The notes: generated by a model from the sequence alone, not told the origin. A stretch of 64,000 nt of DNA from Macrostomum hystrix (GCA_950097015.1 CATNEN010000002.1:8556001-8620000), one strand, 5' to 3'; counted from the stretch's first letter, positions 1-11,942 are shown. Numbers and translations: made by a program.

Positions 1-149
1 TTTAAAACCCTTGTAAGTCAGATTTTACCTTGCCATGCTTATGGGGTGAAAATGACACCTAAGACAGAAAAATGGCACATTTTGGATAAATGGCACGTGG
101 TATAATAGATGCAGTCCAGTTACTCGATAGTGGCGCCTTTGAAAAACGG

Positions 150-760
150 CAGCCTGGATATTGGCACCCTTTGATTCTGGATAATGGCACCGTGGAATTG
201 AAAGTGGCAGTCCTGTTACTGGATAATGACATCGTGGAATTGAAAGTGGCAGTCCTGTTACTGGATAATGACATCGTGGAATTAAAAGTGGCAGTCCTGT
301 TACTGGATAATGACACCGTGGAATTGAAAGTGGCAGTCCTGTTACTGAATAATGACACCGTGGAATTGAAAGTGGCAGTCCTGTTACTGGATAATGACAC
401 CGTGGAATTGAAAGTGGCAGTCCTGTTACTGGATAATGACACCGTGGAATTAAAAGTGGCAGTCCTGTTACTGGATAATGACACCGTGGAATTTAAAGTG
501 GCAGTCCTGTTACTGGATAATGACACCGTGGAATTAAAAGTGGCAGTCCTGTTACTGGATAATGTCACCGTGGAATTGAAAATGGCAGTCCTGTTACTGG
601 ATAATGACACCGTGGAATTGAAAGTGGCAGTCCTGTTACTGGATAATGACACCGTGAAATTAAAAGTGGCAGTCCTGTTACTGGATAATGACACCGTGAA
701 ATTAAAAGTGGCAGTCCTGTTACTGGATAATGACACCGTGGAATTAAAAGTAGCAGTTAT
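150..760. repeat. 39-bp minisatellite (~15 copies)
   Basis: Unit ctggataatgacaccgtggaattgaaagtggcagtcctgtta; it produces the 13-aa periodic ORFs 59..817 and 90..827. Confidence 0.95.
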
Positions 761-1406
761 TTTGTTCTTTCTCACTCCTGTCCGTTGCCCAGTATTTGCT
801 GTCGACTTCTGTTGCAAGCAGAAATAATGTAAAAATTATGAACGGACTAAATATTTGTCTGTTTGTCAGTATTTGTTAACTTCAAATTTTCTTTCGTGTT
901 GATTTGCTGTAATTTGTATTAACTGTATTATTTGTATTAATTGTATTAATTCTTTTAAATCTTCATCAATTTCTGTGTCTCATTGCATAATAGTTAACTT
1001 TTTTGCTCTTTTTTTGTTTATCGTCACTGTAAATCATTTTAATATACTGTACATACTACTCAACTTACCCTGCAATCTGTACACCAACAGTAGTACAGTC
1101 GTCATCTAGTCTACTTTGCCCCGGCTTGCAGCTAGTCTGAAATTTTATTTTATAAAACTGAATCTGCAAAGCGTTTTACAGATTCATTTACTGATGAATA
1201 TTTTATTCATGTGCTACTACTGAGCAGTAGCATCCAGATTTGTGTTTACTTTCCAGTGTTCTCTATGCATCAGCTGAGATAATTATCGGCATTGCCTCTG
1301 CTCTGCTCTGATTTAACTATGCGGTAACTGTCATTGTATTGCGACTTGCCACAATGACCCACGTCATTTCAGTTACTCGCTTCCTTCTTTATTAAAAATT
1401 TGGATC

Positions 1407-2195
1407 GAGAGTCAGATAGAATTGGCTGAGAGTCAGATAGGATAGGCTGAGAGTCAGATAGAATTGGCTGAGAGTCAGATAGGATAGGCTGAGAGTCAGA
1501 TAGAATTGGCCGAGAGTCAGATAGGATAGGCTGAGAGTCAGATAGAATTGGCTGAGAGTCAGATAGGATAGGCTGAGAGTCAGATAGAATTAGCTGAGAG
1601 TCAGATATGATGGGCTGAGAGTCAGATAGGATAGGCTGAGAGTCAGATAGAATTAGCTGAGAGTCAGATATGATGGGCTGAGAGTCAGATAGGATAAGGC
1701 TGAGAGTCAGATATGATGGGCTGAGAGTCAGATATAATTGGCTGAGAGTCAGATATGATGGGCTGAGAGTCAGATATAATTGGCTGAGAGTCAGATATGA
1801 TGGGCTGAGAGTCAGATAGGATGGGTTGAGAGTCAGATAGAATTGGCTGAGAGTCAGATAGGATGGGTTGAGAGTCAGATAGGATGGGCTGAGAGTCAGA
1901 TAGGATGGGCTGAGAGTCAGATATAATTGTCTGAGAGTCAGATAGGATGGGTTGAGAGTCAGATAGGATGGGCTGAGAGTCAGATATAATTGTCTGAGAG
2001 TCAGATAAGATGGGTTGAGAGTCAGATAGAATTGGCTGAGAGTCAGATAGAATTGGCTGAGAGTCAGATAGAATTGGCTGAGAGTCAGATAGGACGGGCT
2101 GAGAGTCAGATAGTACGTGTGAGAGTCAGATAGGACGGGCTGAGAATCAGATAGGGTGGATTGAGAATCAGATAGGATGGACTGAGAGTCAGGCT
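1407..2195. repeat. 21-bp minisatellite upstream of FGFR1OP2
   Basis: Unit gctgagagtcagataggatgg and variants; ends just before acceptor-like sites at 2231 and 2239. Confidence 0.95.
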
Positions 2196-2257
2196 GAGCA
2201 GTCAGTCGAATGCACTCCTTGAATCCCGCAGATCAGCAGGTCGAGCCGCAGTGCTGA

Positions 2258-3690
2258 ATGATCGCAATGTCCAGCCTGGAGTCGCTGCTGCTGGAGGCCC
2301 GCCAGCTGGCTGGGCGGTTGCAGTCGCGCGAGGAAGCCGCCGACTCCCTCATCGGCAAGGCCGAGGCTCTCAAGAAGCGATTGGAGGGCCAGAGACAGTA
2401 CCAGGCGAGTTTCCGTTCATTGAAAAACCAGCCCTTCTCTGTGGAGTTATACAGATTTCAATAAGCTTGAATCCTTCCCAAATCCTCAGATTAGGCTTCC
2501 ATGCCTTCCTAAATCCTCAGATTAAGCTTTAATCATTTCCCAAATCCTCAGATTAGCCTTCAATCCCTTCCCAAATCCTCAGATAGGCTTCACTCCCTTC
2601 CCAAATCCACAGATTAGGCTTCAATACCATCCCAAATCCTCAGATTAGCCTTCAATCCCTTCCCAAATCCTCAGATTAGGCTTCACTCCCTTCTCAAATC
2701 CTCAGATTAGCCTTCAATCCCTTCCCAAATCCTCAGATTAGGCTTCACTCCCTTCTCAAATCCTCAGATTAGCCTTCACTCCCTTCTCAAATCCACAGAT
2801 TAGGCTTCAATACCATCCCAAATCCTCAGATTATGCTTTAATCCCATCCCAAATCCACAGATTAGGCTTGAATCCCTCACAAATCCTCAGACTGGGCTTC
2901 ACTCCCTTCCCAAATCCTCAGATTAAGGCTTCAATCCCTCACCAGTTTCTCGGACTGACCATTGAACGCCCGCCACCTCCAGGAGGATGTCTGCCAGCTG
3001 TCTGAGCTGGCTGCCTGCAAGCGGCCCCGGGCCCGCCTTCTTGTGTCCATCGCCGCAGAGAACAAGCGCGTCAAAGAGCTGGAAGCTGAGAATGCGGAGC
3101 TGCGGCTGTCGCTGGAGGAGCATCAGGCCTTCATGGAGGTGCTGATGAACAAGTACCGCGAGCAGATGCGGCGCGGCTGCGAGGTCGAGATTGCCGCCAG
3201 GCAGCAGCCCGCCTTGGCTGCCAGCAGGGAGTCCACGGCCACCCTGGCTCTGCAGGTAGGCTCGCTTGAGCACTGCTCGACTACTCACATAGGACTCACT
3301 TTGTGACTGTCAGATAGGAATAAATCTTCATGAATCGTCAACATTCACGAATCCCCAATCTTCATTAATCCCCAATCTTCATAAATCCCTAATCTTCACG
3401 AATCCTGAATCCCCCAGGAGAAGGTGCAGGAGATGGCCTGCGTGATGCGGGAGGCGCTGCGCCGCGAGGACGATCACGTGACTGAGCTGGAGGAGGACCT
3501 GACGCGGCTGCGCACGGAGAATGCTACCCTGCGCGAGCTGCTTCGCATCGCCACCGCGAATTCAACAGCGAACTCCGTCACCCCGGGCTCGTCGACGTCC
3601 GCCACGGGACAAGGCGGTCGGACGTCGATGACCCGCGGCAGCGCCGCCAAGCAGTCCTATTCGCCTCCGTCTGGCGACACCAATTCTTAG
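2258..3690 (+). CDS. FGFR1OP2: FGFR1 oncogene partner 2 / SIKE family coiled-coil protein (STRIPAK component), 3 exons
   Basis: Exons 2258(or 2267)-2404, 2983-3255 and 3418-3690, all phase 0. The sequence LLLEARQLAGRLQSREEAADSLI...YQ|EDV...ELRLSLEEHQAFMEVLMNKYREQM...EMACVMREAL...LRTENATLRELLRI matches the family as recalled. Intron 1 has a GC donor (CAG|GCGAGT). Confidence 0.88.
2470..2945. repeat. 31-bp intronic minisatellite
   Basis: Unit cccaaatcctcagattaggcttcaatccctt; aaatcctcag recurs at 2480, 2511, 2542 and 2573. Confidence 0.9.
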
Positions 3691-4559
3691 CTCATTGTGC
3701 AGGGCCGATGTTTGAGTAGCTCACCTGTGTCTGCCTGGCAACTGTGAGCTCAGCTTTGAGTTGCAGCTTTACTTCAGTGCTTAACTTGTTAATTTGCCAT
3801 TAGTTTTTGTCTGGGCGCGTATCTGGGAACTCTGTCTGGACTGTAACTAAATTCCTTTGCTGTGATAACATTTGAGTTACTGCTATCTATTTAATATTTC
3901 AATTTAATTCTACTTTAACTATTAATTCCTACAAGTATACTGATATTTAAATCCGTGTGGGTACCTGTTGCCTGCGCTCACAGCATTCGTTTGAGTTGAA
4001 TTTGTTGAACAACTTTCTTTTTACTCTGTTACCTGTGTGAGTACGTGCTAGAACAACACACGCTTAATCCCGTTTACCCCGCACTCTGGGTTGAAATTGT
4101 CCCTACATTTTAATCCCTCCCTTTTGCGATTTCATACTCCGAATATCGTATTATAACAAAATACTAACATGGTCTGTGCTGCTGTTGTCGCTCTTTCTTA
4201 CAGGGACCCGTGAGTACGGCGTACTAAGCTTAAAAAACTACTTCCTTTGTATAATATGGAACACTAAAATAAAAAGTTAAAGCACTCTGCTATGAACATA
4301 AGAGTGCACATTTTGTAATGCTCGCCCAACCTAAATATTTTAGCCGTATCGTTGTTGGTACAGCATTTCTTATTTACAAGAATTGGGTCAACCTAAGACA
4401 TAAACTTCATAAACTAAGGGATTAAGGAAAGGGTTTTATGGCAAGTCAAAAATGAAATCTCAATCTTTTTCAGTCGAAAAGTAGAAACAAAAAATAATTT
4501 TATTAACTTTTGACTTTTTTGCTTCGGAGTAGAAGCGCTAATATTTTTGTGGAGTGGAT

Positions 4560-5386
4560 AATAATAAAATTATTATTATTATTACGAGCGTATTAGTATT
4601 AATTGCAGGAGGGCTGCGGGCAATGGCACATCATTTAGTGACACTAGACCCGCAGCCAGCGAGGAGGCAATTCTGCCCGTTTTGCTGACTCCTGAGCACA
4701 CAGATACTGTACGCAGGCACACGCTCACACAGGTGTGTACATCTGCCCTGACTTTCTCATCGTCAGGCAGTGTACACTCTCACTATGCCTTGGAGGGGCG
4801 GTTTCACAAACTCGAAATTTCACAACGTCGAAAGCACCTTTCTTCACAAGGTCGAAATTTCACAACATCGAAAACTAAAATAGCAGCTACCTTCACTAGG
4901 TCGAAACTTCATGAGCTCGAAACTTCACAACGTCGAAAGCTTTAGCAAGAGATTTCATAGCTGCTATGAAGGTAGCTGCTATTTTAGTTTTCGACGTTGT
5001 GAAGTTTCGAGCTTATGAAGTTTCTTGCTAAAGCTTTCGACGTTGTGAAGTTTCGAGCTTATGAAGTTTCTTGCTAAAGCTTTCGACGTTGTGAAGTTTC
5101 GAGCTCATGAAGTTTCGACCTAGTGAAGGTAGCTGCTATTTTAGTTTTCGACGTTGTGAAGTTTCGACCTTATGAAAAAAATTGCTTTTCGGTGTTGTGA
5201 AATTTCGAGCTTGTGATAGCACCCCCCTTGGAGGTTGGCCCTCAAGGGCGTAAATTGCACGACAAGCCCCCAAAGCCTTCTCTCCGCGGCTGCTCCCCAA
5301 TTTAATGTGGCCTCGCCGTGGAATTTAACTTAGGGACCGTGGGCGTGGGGCAAGAGGCCAACGCGTTAGCCGCTCTGCTACCGACC
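4560..5386 (-). mobile_element. tRNA-derived SINE family A copy, interrupted by a foldback MITE
   Basis: Reverse-complement match to 55515-55882 over head, body and tail, split at 4795-5225. Confidence 0.85.
4795..5225. mobile_element. Foldback / MITE-type non-autonomous DNA transposon
   Basis: Imperfect TIRs: ggggcggtttcacaaactcgaaatttcacaac versus the reverse complement of the right end, ggggtgctatcacaagctcgaaatttcacaac. TSD ccttgga(g) at 4788 and 5226. Long inverted arms are built from short subrepeats around a central hairpin, ttcatagc-t-gctatgaa. Confidence 0.85.
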
Positions 5387-5388
5387 GC

Positions 5389-5620
5389 TCTTCAGTGACA
5401 CTGACTCTTCAGTGACACTGACTCTTCAGTGACACTGACTCTTCAGTGACACTGACTCTTCAGTGGCAGTGACTCTTCAGTGACACTGACTCTTCAGTGA
5501 CACTGACTCTTCAGTGACACTGACTCTTCAGTGACACTGACTCTTCAGTGACACTGACTCTTCAGTGACACTGACTCTTCAGTGGCAGTGACTCTTCAGT
5601 GACACTGACTCTTCAGTGGC
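5389..5620. repeat. 17-bp minisatellite
   Basis: Unit ctcttcagtgacactga, about 13 copies. Confidence 0.95.
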
Positions 5621-6115
5621 AACTGCCACATTATAGCACATAGATTCCTAAGTATTCCAATGTCCAATTATCCGCAACTGAGCTTAAACTTAAACAGCCA
5701 ACAATTTGATAGTATTTTATAACCCAATTACGAGTATTTTTATTTTATTGCAAGTTGTGTAATATGTTTTTTGCGCAGGGTCGCCATTTGTATTGTCTAT
5801 TTGTCATCTAACTGGGAAAAGAATTAAGACAGCTTAAGTTGCATGCACAAAAGAAAGTGATTATTTAACAGATCTAGTTACTCTTAACACCTACTAAATT
5901 GGCTGGTACGGGTTAGGTAGCAAGGTAACAGGAAACTAAGAACATAGGTATGTTGGTATCGTAATTCGCCTACTTCCCCGAAAGTATGTATTAGTAAATC
6001 TAAAATTTGAAGTAATCACGCGTTATTAAGTCTCATTAAATCACGCGTTCAGGCGAGGGCCTGAACTGCTGATATAACAACTCCGATGCGCGCTTCACCT
6101 CTAACCGTTTGGAGG

Positions 6116-6835
6116 GGTCGAGATTGCCGCCAGGCAGCAGCCCGCCTTGGCTGCCATCAGTCCAAGGCCGCCCTGAAACTGCAGGTAGGCTCGCTTGAGC
6201 ACTGCTCGACTGCTCACATACGACTCATGATCGGGACTGTCGAATGGGACTCACGTTCGGGACTGTCGAATGGGAATAAATCTTCGTGAATCCTCAATAA
6301 AATCTTCAAAAAATCCTCAACATTCACGAACCCTTAATCTTCTTTAATCCTCAATCTTCACGAACCCTTAATCTTCAATAATCCCCAATCCTCATGAATC
6401 CTCAATCTTCATGAATCCTGAATACACAGGAGAAGGTGCCCGTGTGATGCGGGAGGCGCTGCGCCGTGAGGACGATCACATGACTGAGCTGGAGGAGGGC
6501 CTGAGCCAGCTGCGCACGGAGAATGCCACCCTGCGCGAGCTGCTTCGCATCGCCACCACCGCCAGCGAACTGAACAGCGAACTCCGTCACCCGGCCACGT
6601 CGACGACCGCTAGCTACTGGACAAGGCGGTCCGACGTCGATGACCCGCGGCAGTGTCGGCAAGTAGTCCGGCTCGCCTCCGTGTGGTGACAACAATTCTT
6701 AGCTCTTCGTGCAGCGCCGATGTTTAGGTAGCTTGTCTGTGAGCTCAGCTCTGAGTTGCAGCTTAACTTGAGTACTTGACTTGGTTTTTTTGCGATTAGT
6801 TTTTGTCTGGGTGCGTTTTTGTCTAGACTATAGAA
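6116..6835 (+). pseudogene. 5'-truncated, frameshifted duplicate of the FGFR1OP2 3' half
   Basis: Copies the end of exon 2, intron 2, exon 3 and the 3'UTR (source ~3183-3850). A 10-nt deletion after the acceptor at ~6430 gives gag aag gtg ccc gtg TGA. Confidence 0.85.
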
Positions 6836-7834
6836 CTCACCGGTGTATGAGCCTGGCAGTGCCTGTACTATCACAGTTAAAACGGAGTATTATCGTCTCT
6901 CATCACGCCATTTGTTGTCGCCATTTGTAATGAATTTATTTGGCGACCACGTTCCACGTTCCGACTCTAACCGGTGAGAACCAGCGTAGATCTTTCAATT
7001 TAACTTCCACTAGTCAGTTATAACACATTTATAGTACATTTATAATGTACAATGATAATAAGTTGTAATTGATACTACCGTGAGGCTCATGGAAAACCGT
7101 AAATATATATTACTTGTATATTTTACTACAACGACGAAAAACGTATCAATAGAAATGCAAATACAAATAAATATACAAAAAGCTTTTTAATTGCAGTTAA
7201 AATGCTTAAACATTCTGTATTACGCTAGATAACTGTAAAATAATGGCCATAGCAGAGATTCACTGGTCAGCCAGTCACCAACCAGTAGGCCGTAGCCTCT
7301 AAGCCACATTACCAAATCACTTTTGATCTAGAAGCTCATCAAATTTCTGACAGTGTGCAGGTTTTATATTTTTGAATCATTATTTCACTTTTTTTCTTAT
7401 CTTCAACCTAAATTTGCTTCTAAATCCTACATCAATATGACTACTATTTTTATTAGACCTGGCAAAATTTGAATTTTATCTTGATGATTTCAATTTTTAT
7501 GAAATTGTCTTAACATCTTAGGCCTACTTTTGTAATTGTAGGCCCCCTATGTAACTTTTTGAGTCAGTGGGCTGTGGGGCCTAAATATGACTTTGTGAGT
7601 AGACTTTTTATCAGGACCCAGTCACTTTTGCCATGGGCAAAGCAAATTTTTGTAAATAGATCACAATTTAAATTATTTTATTATAGCCTTTTCTGCCAAT
7701 TTCTAAGTTTCCCACTAAATTATTTTATTGCTTTCTTACTTAGGATGCATAGGCCTACCCAATAATGGCAATATGGAAAAAACATATAGCTTGATCAAGC
7801 CTCATATAGCCCCATCACCAGCTGGTCAGCAATG

Positions 7835-8135
7835 ACACTACTGCCACTAATTGCCAAGTATGAGCTGCTTGGGATGTAGATCATGATCATCATGGACCAA
7901 TGGGCAGGGTATAAATGCTTTACCTGGCAACCATGTAACCTTCAAACACTCATTGCACTTCCAGGACCCCAATGACCCTACTATCCACACCAACCATTTC
8001 GAGGGCATGTGGGGTAATTGCAAGGTAAAGTTCAGTTCAATACATGGGACATCTGATGCCATGTTTGACTCTTACCTGCTAGAGTTCATGTGGCACTGGG
8101 CATTCTCTTCAAAGCAGTTTAGCAACATAATGTAA
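7835..8135 (+). mobile_element. Decayed Merlin/IS1016 (ISXO2-like) transposase fragment
   Basis: TLLPLIAKY...MDQWAGYKC, then after a frameshift FQDPNDPTIHTNHFEGMWGNCKVKFSSIHGTSDAMFDSYLLEFMW, the typical ISXO2 C-terminal motif. Confidence 0.75.
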
Positions 8136-8504
8136 ATTGCTCATTATTACGCTGCTGCCTAACACTCTTTTGAGTCACCTGGACATTGATTTCATTTTTA
8201 ATATTTCAGGTATGTTTTTTCTATAAGTGGTATGTCCTAAGTGCAAAAAATTATAAGATAATTTAGCATAGGAAACTTAGAAATTGATTTTTCCTACCCA
8301 TGTATTATCATTAGTGCTAGCAGCTACAGACCTAGATGCTAATGATAATTTTTTAGACTTTAGTCCATCATGTGGGCAGTAGCTGTCTATTCTAGGTTAT
8401 AGCAACAATTAAGACTAGCTAGCCTATCAGTTGTTAGACCTTAAAAAACAGTACCTAATAAAAATAAAAATTGCTCGAGGGCCATAGGCCATGGCATATG
8501 ATTT

Positions 8505-8600
8505 TTTGACACTAAACCCACATCCAGCAAGGAAGCAATTCTGCCTAATTTCATTGGCTTCCAAGCACACTGCACACACATCAAAACAAATACCAAAATC
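8505..8600 (-). mobile_element. Diverged fragment of SINE family A
   Basis: gacactaaacccacatccagcaaggaagcaattctgcc resembles gacactagacccgcagccagcgaggaggcaattctgcc at ~4640. Confidence 0.55.
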
Positions 8601-9103
8601 AGGCATACACTTCTAACATAGGTATATAATGTTTTTTGAGCATGGCATGGATAATAAAATAAAATTGTGTAGGTTTTGTTGCCCCCTCTAGTCTCTAGAC
8701 TAAGTAGCTATAATTGCCTTTGCAAAAACTGTACAAAATGCATATATGTATCTGGTCTAAATGATTTGGGTGTAATATTAAAATTAGTTGTTAGTTACCC
8801 TAGTACCTACTTAACCTAGTACAAGCATGCATCTGCCTTTTGGGAAATACGAGTATGATGTATTTTAATTAGATACATTCATTAAGCAACTTTTTTGATA
8901 AAGAAACCAAATTGTGATAGCTTTTTTGAAATGATAGCTAGAATTTGTTTGTGTATAAAAATAGCATTCGACCTCTTGGTCTGTCCTGGTTGGCCTAATC
9001 CCAGTTCTTTCCAATTTCCAATCTGCTGGAACTTCAGCACCGTGTAATCCGGCCACCTCCATTGGGGGTGTCGCTGCTGTTCTCCAGCCCGACATCGCTG
9101 CCT

Positions 9104-10888
9104 ATGTCGCTGCCCCTGCCGATGTCGCCAGAGGCTGCTGCAGCGGCCGCCGCTGCTGTCGGAGTTCGCGCCTCGGCGGCCGCCTTGCAGCTGCTGCTGA
9201 TGTTGCTGGCAGCGGATCTAGCCTCCCGCTGGTCTCAGCAGGCCGCCGCGGCCCTGACCACTGCGGCCTCCGCCTCCCCTTTGACCGCCGCGTCAAGCCT
9301 TGGCCGGGACTACTCGCTGCGCAGCTGCGGCGAGACTCTCTCCCTGGGCGGTCTGGACTGGGCCAGCGTCACCTGGGAGCCTCCCGGCGGCCAGTGCAGC
9401 CTGACCGTGCTGCCCGGGGGCAAGCGGCGAGTTCTGGCCTGGCGCAAAGGCTCCGCGCGGTTCACCCCAGCCTCTGCCTGCTTTATTGACCTGTACAGGT
9501 GGCTCTGCCTGCCTGAGCAGCCGCACTGCAACACGCTGGTGTTCTCCAGTGACCAGCACCAGCCAGGCTCCCTGCTGGAGCCTCCGCCTGCCACCGACCC
9601 GGTGGGCATCAACCTTGGCGAGACCGACTATGTCAGGGTAAGTTGGCGATCCCAATGGGGTCTCTTCCGCCTGGGAATCCCTTCTGAATGAGATCTCTTC
9701 TAAATGGGTATTCTTCCTTAATCGGATTTCTTCCTAATGTGATTCTTTCCATTAACGCTTTCCAACGGAATCAACTTCTCAATGGGATATTTTTCCAAGT
9801 TTATTTCTTCCCAAAGGGGGTCTCTTCGTAATGGGAATCTCTTTCCAAAAAAATCTCCTCCTGATAACAATCTCTCGCCAATGGGATCTTCTTTACAATG
9901 GGATCTGTTCCTAATTTGAATCTGTTCCTAACGTTATCTCTCTCTCTCTCTTTCTTACTCTTCCCAGATTGGATCTCTTCCCAATCGGATCTCTTTCGAA
10001 TGTGATTTCTTTCCAATGGGATTTCTATTCCATGGCATCTCATCGCAATTTGGTGTATTCCCAATCGGATCTATTGGGAATCTCTTCCCGAATTTCGAAG
10101 GGATTTCATTTCAAATCTCAAAGGAATATTTTTCTAACGGATTCTCTTTGGAATAAACATCCTGAGTCTTACTCAGTGATCCCATGGGATATTTTATAAA
10201 ACCCAAATAGGGTTATCTTCGCGATGGACTTTACCAGAGGTCACCTTACTCTGCCCCCCACACCCGTCGCCTGCAGCTGATGTACTGCGGCTCGGGTGGC
10301 ACAGTCCTCTACCTGCAGGTTGACGATGGCAGCGGGGCCGGTAATGCTGGATACTCCAACGTAGCCTCGGAAGCAGGCGACAGCAGCTACCCGGTGCTTC
10401 TCAGTTTTATCCTACCAACCCTGCTAGTTGCCATAGCAACCGCCGCCGCCATAGTCATCATCGGAGTATGCGCTAGACGGCGCCGTTTGAAAAGGCGTCA
10501 AAATCGACGCTGGCGACGCTCACAGGCGCCGCCGAGCTACGACGAGTGCGTCGGAGTCGCACCGGCCGTCTGGCAGCGTCGGGTCGATCAGGGGAAGCCG
10601 GGATCCTCCCTGACCGCCCAGCAGCCGGAGCCGCAGGGCCCGCAGCCGCCGCCCTACGAGCTGGCCGTGGCCACCATCAGCCTGGGCCGCATGCCGGTGG
10701 TCGAGTCCTCCATCTCCAGTCTCCAGCGTGACAATCCGGCCTTCGAGGCTGGCGATGACGACCAACTGGCTGGCGAGTCGGCCAGCGTCCGGATGGCCGT
10801 CGGGCGCGGCATGCGGGCTCAGTATTCCAGGAATTCTATGCTTATCGCTCAGGGAGCCGGCAGGTGCTGCCGCGTCACCCAGGTCTGA
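9104..10888 (+). CDS. Uncharacterised type I membrane protein with two cytoplasmic PY motifs
   Basis: Exons ~9104-9637 (AGG|GTAAGT) and 10277-10888 (CTGCAG|CTG), phase 0. It has a hydrophobic N-terminal segment, a Cys-containing ectodomain, a TM (VLLSFILPTLLVAIATAAAIVIIGVCA), a basic stop-transfer RRRRLKRR, and PPSY and PPPY motifs. The 5' end is uncertain (acceptor at 9087). Confidence 0.75.
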
Positions 10889-11162
10889 CAGCCGATGCGA
10901 GCTTTCCTAGAAATGACCAGCCTTTCCGTTTCTAAGAATGATAAAATTTTCTCCTAATTTATGCAGCTGTATCTAGCTCACCTGCTGCTGTGAATCGAAA
11001 CATTTTTTGTAAATGAAAAATTTTCTGCTGCTCGGAACAAATTCCTGCTGTCAACAGAATGCTGTTGCTCTATTATAAGTCATGCTGTGCGGTTTTTTCC
11101 AAATCTGTGAAGTTACTAATTACTCGTACATTATGTTGCTCTTAGGTAAAGAGCGAAGTTAA

Positions 11163-11942
11163 TATAGCTTTTTTGCGTTCAAGTTGAGAAAATTTGCTTT
11201 TAATTCAAGTGAGCATGGCCACACTGGCTGCAAGTGGCGGCTGGCAGAGATGTCTATGGTAAAAAGTGGGGGTCTCGCTGTGGGCCAAAACCGTTTTTTG
11301 CGTTCAATTTGAGAACCATAGACATTGCCTTTGCACGAAGAACCATAAACCATGCCTTATCAGAGAATTTCCAACGAGAAGTATGACTTGATTGTGTCGG
11401 CACGTGGTGGGAAGAAGCACGTAAAGTTGACTGACCAAATTGTGGAATTCCTGATCAACCGGGTTGAACAAAATCCGCTGCTGACACTGTTGCCTTGGTT
11501 TGTGAGAAATTCTCCAGATTATATCGACCAGCGCCGACAGTTTGCTCAATCGGCCATGGAGCTCCCAGAGCCAATGCACGTCATCTACCTGGATGAGTGC
11601 GGAATTAACCTCTGGACGTCCAGGCAGCAGGGTCGAGCACCACGTGGAGCCCTAGTTCGAAGGGCCAGCTGATTAACAGAGTTGCTGACACCCTGGAGGC
11701 TGATGAGAACTGCGATGAGCACAGCGGGGCTGGGGTGCCACCTGCACATGCTGGGCGTGTGCTGCTGAAAACGCTGCCTCCATATTCACCGTCTGAACAG
11801 TGAAATCATCCTGTAATCCAATCCAATTTCAGGATTGTTCATTTTAGAGACGTTTCGCCTTTGATCGCCTGGGATCTATCTGTCAGTTAAATAGTTTTTT
11901 TCAACTCAGCGCGATCTTAAATTAAACGCAAAAAGCTATATA
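11163..11942 (+). mobile_element. Internally deleted IS630/Tc1-like DNA transposon
   Basis: Terminal inverted repeats tatagcttttttgcgtt ... aacgcaaaaagctata with TA-like ends. ORF 11352-11672 carries RGG...KLTD...VEQNPLLTL, RNS...RRQFA and VIYLDECGINLW..R..GRAPRG (first catalytic Asp). Confidence 0.75.

Noticed and set aside
59-827. 252- and 245-aa ORFs on both strands
   Set aside because: Products of a 39-bp repeat that is open on both strands; no non-repeat coding context.
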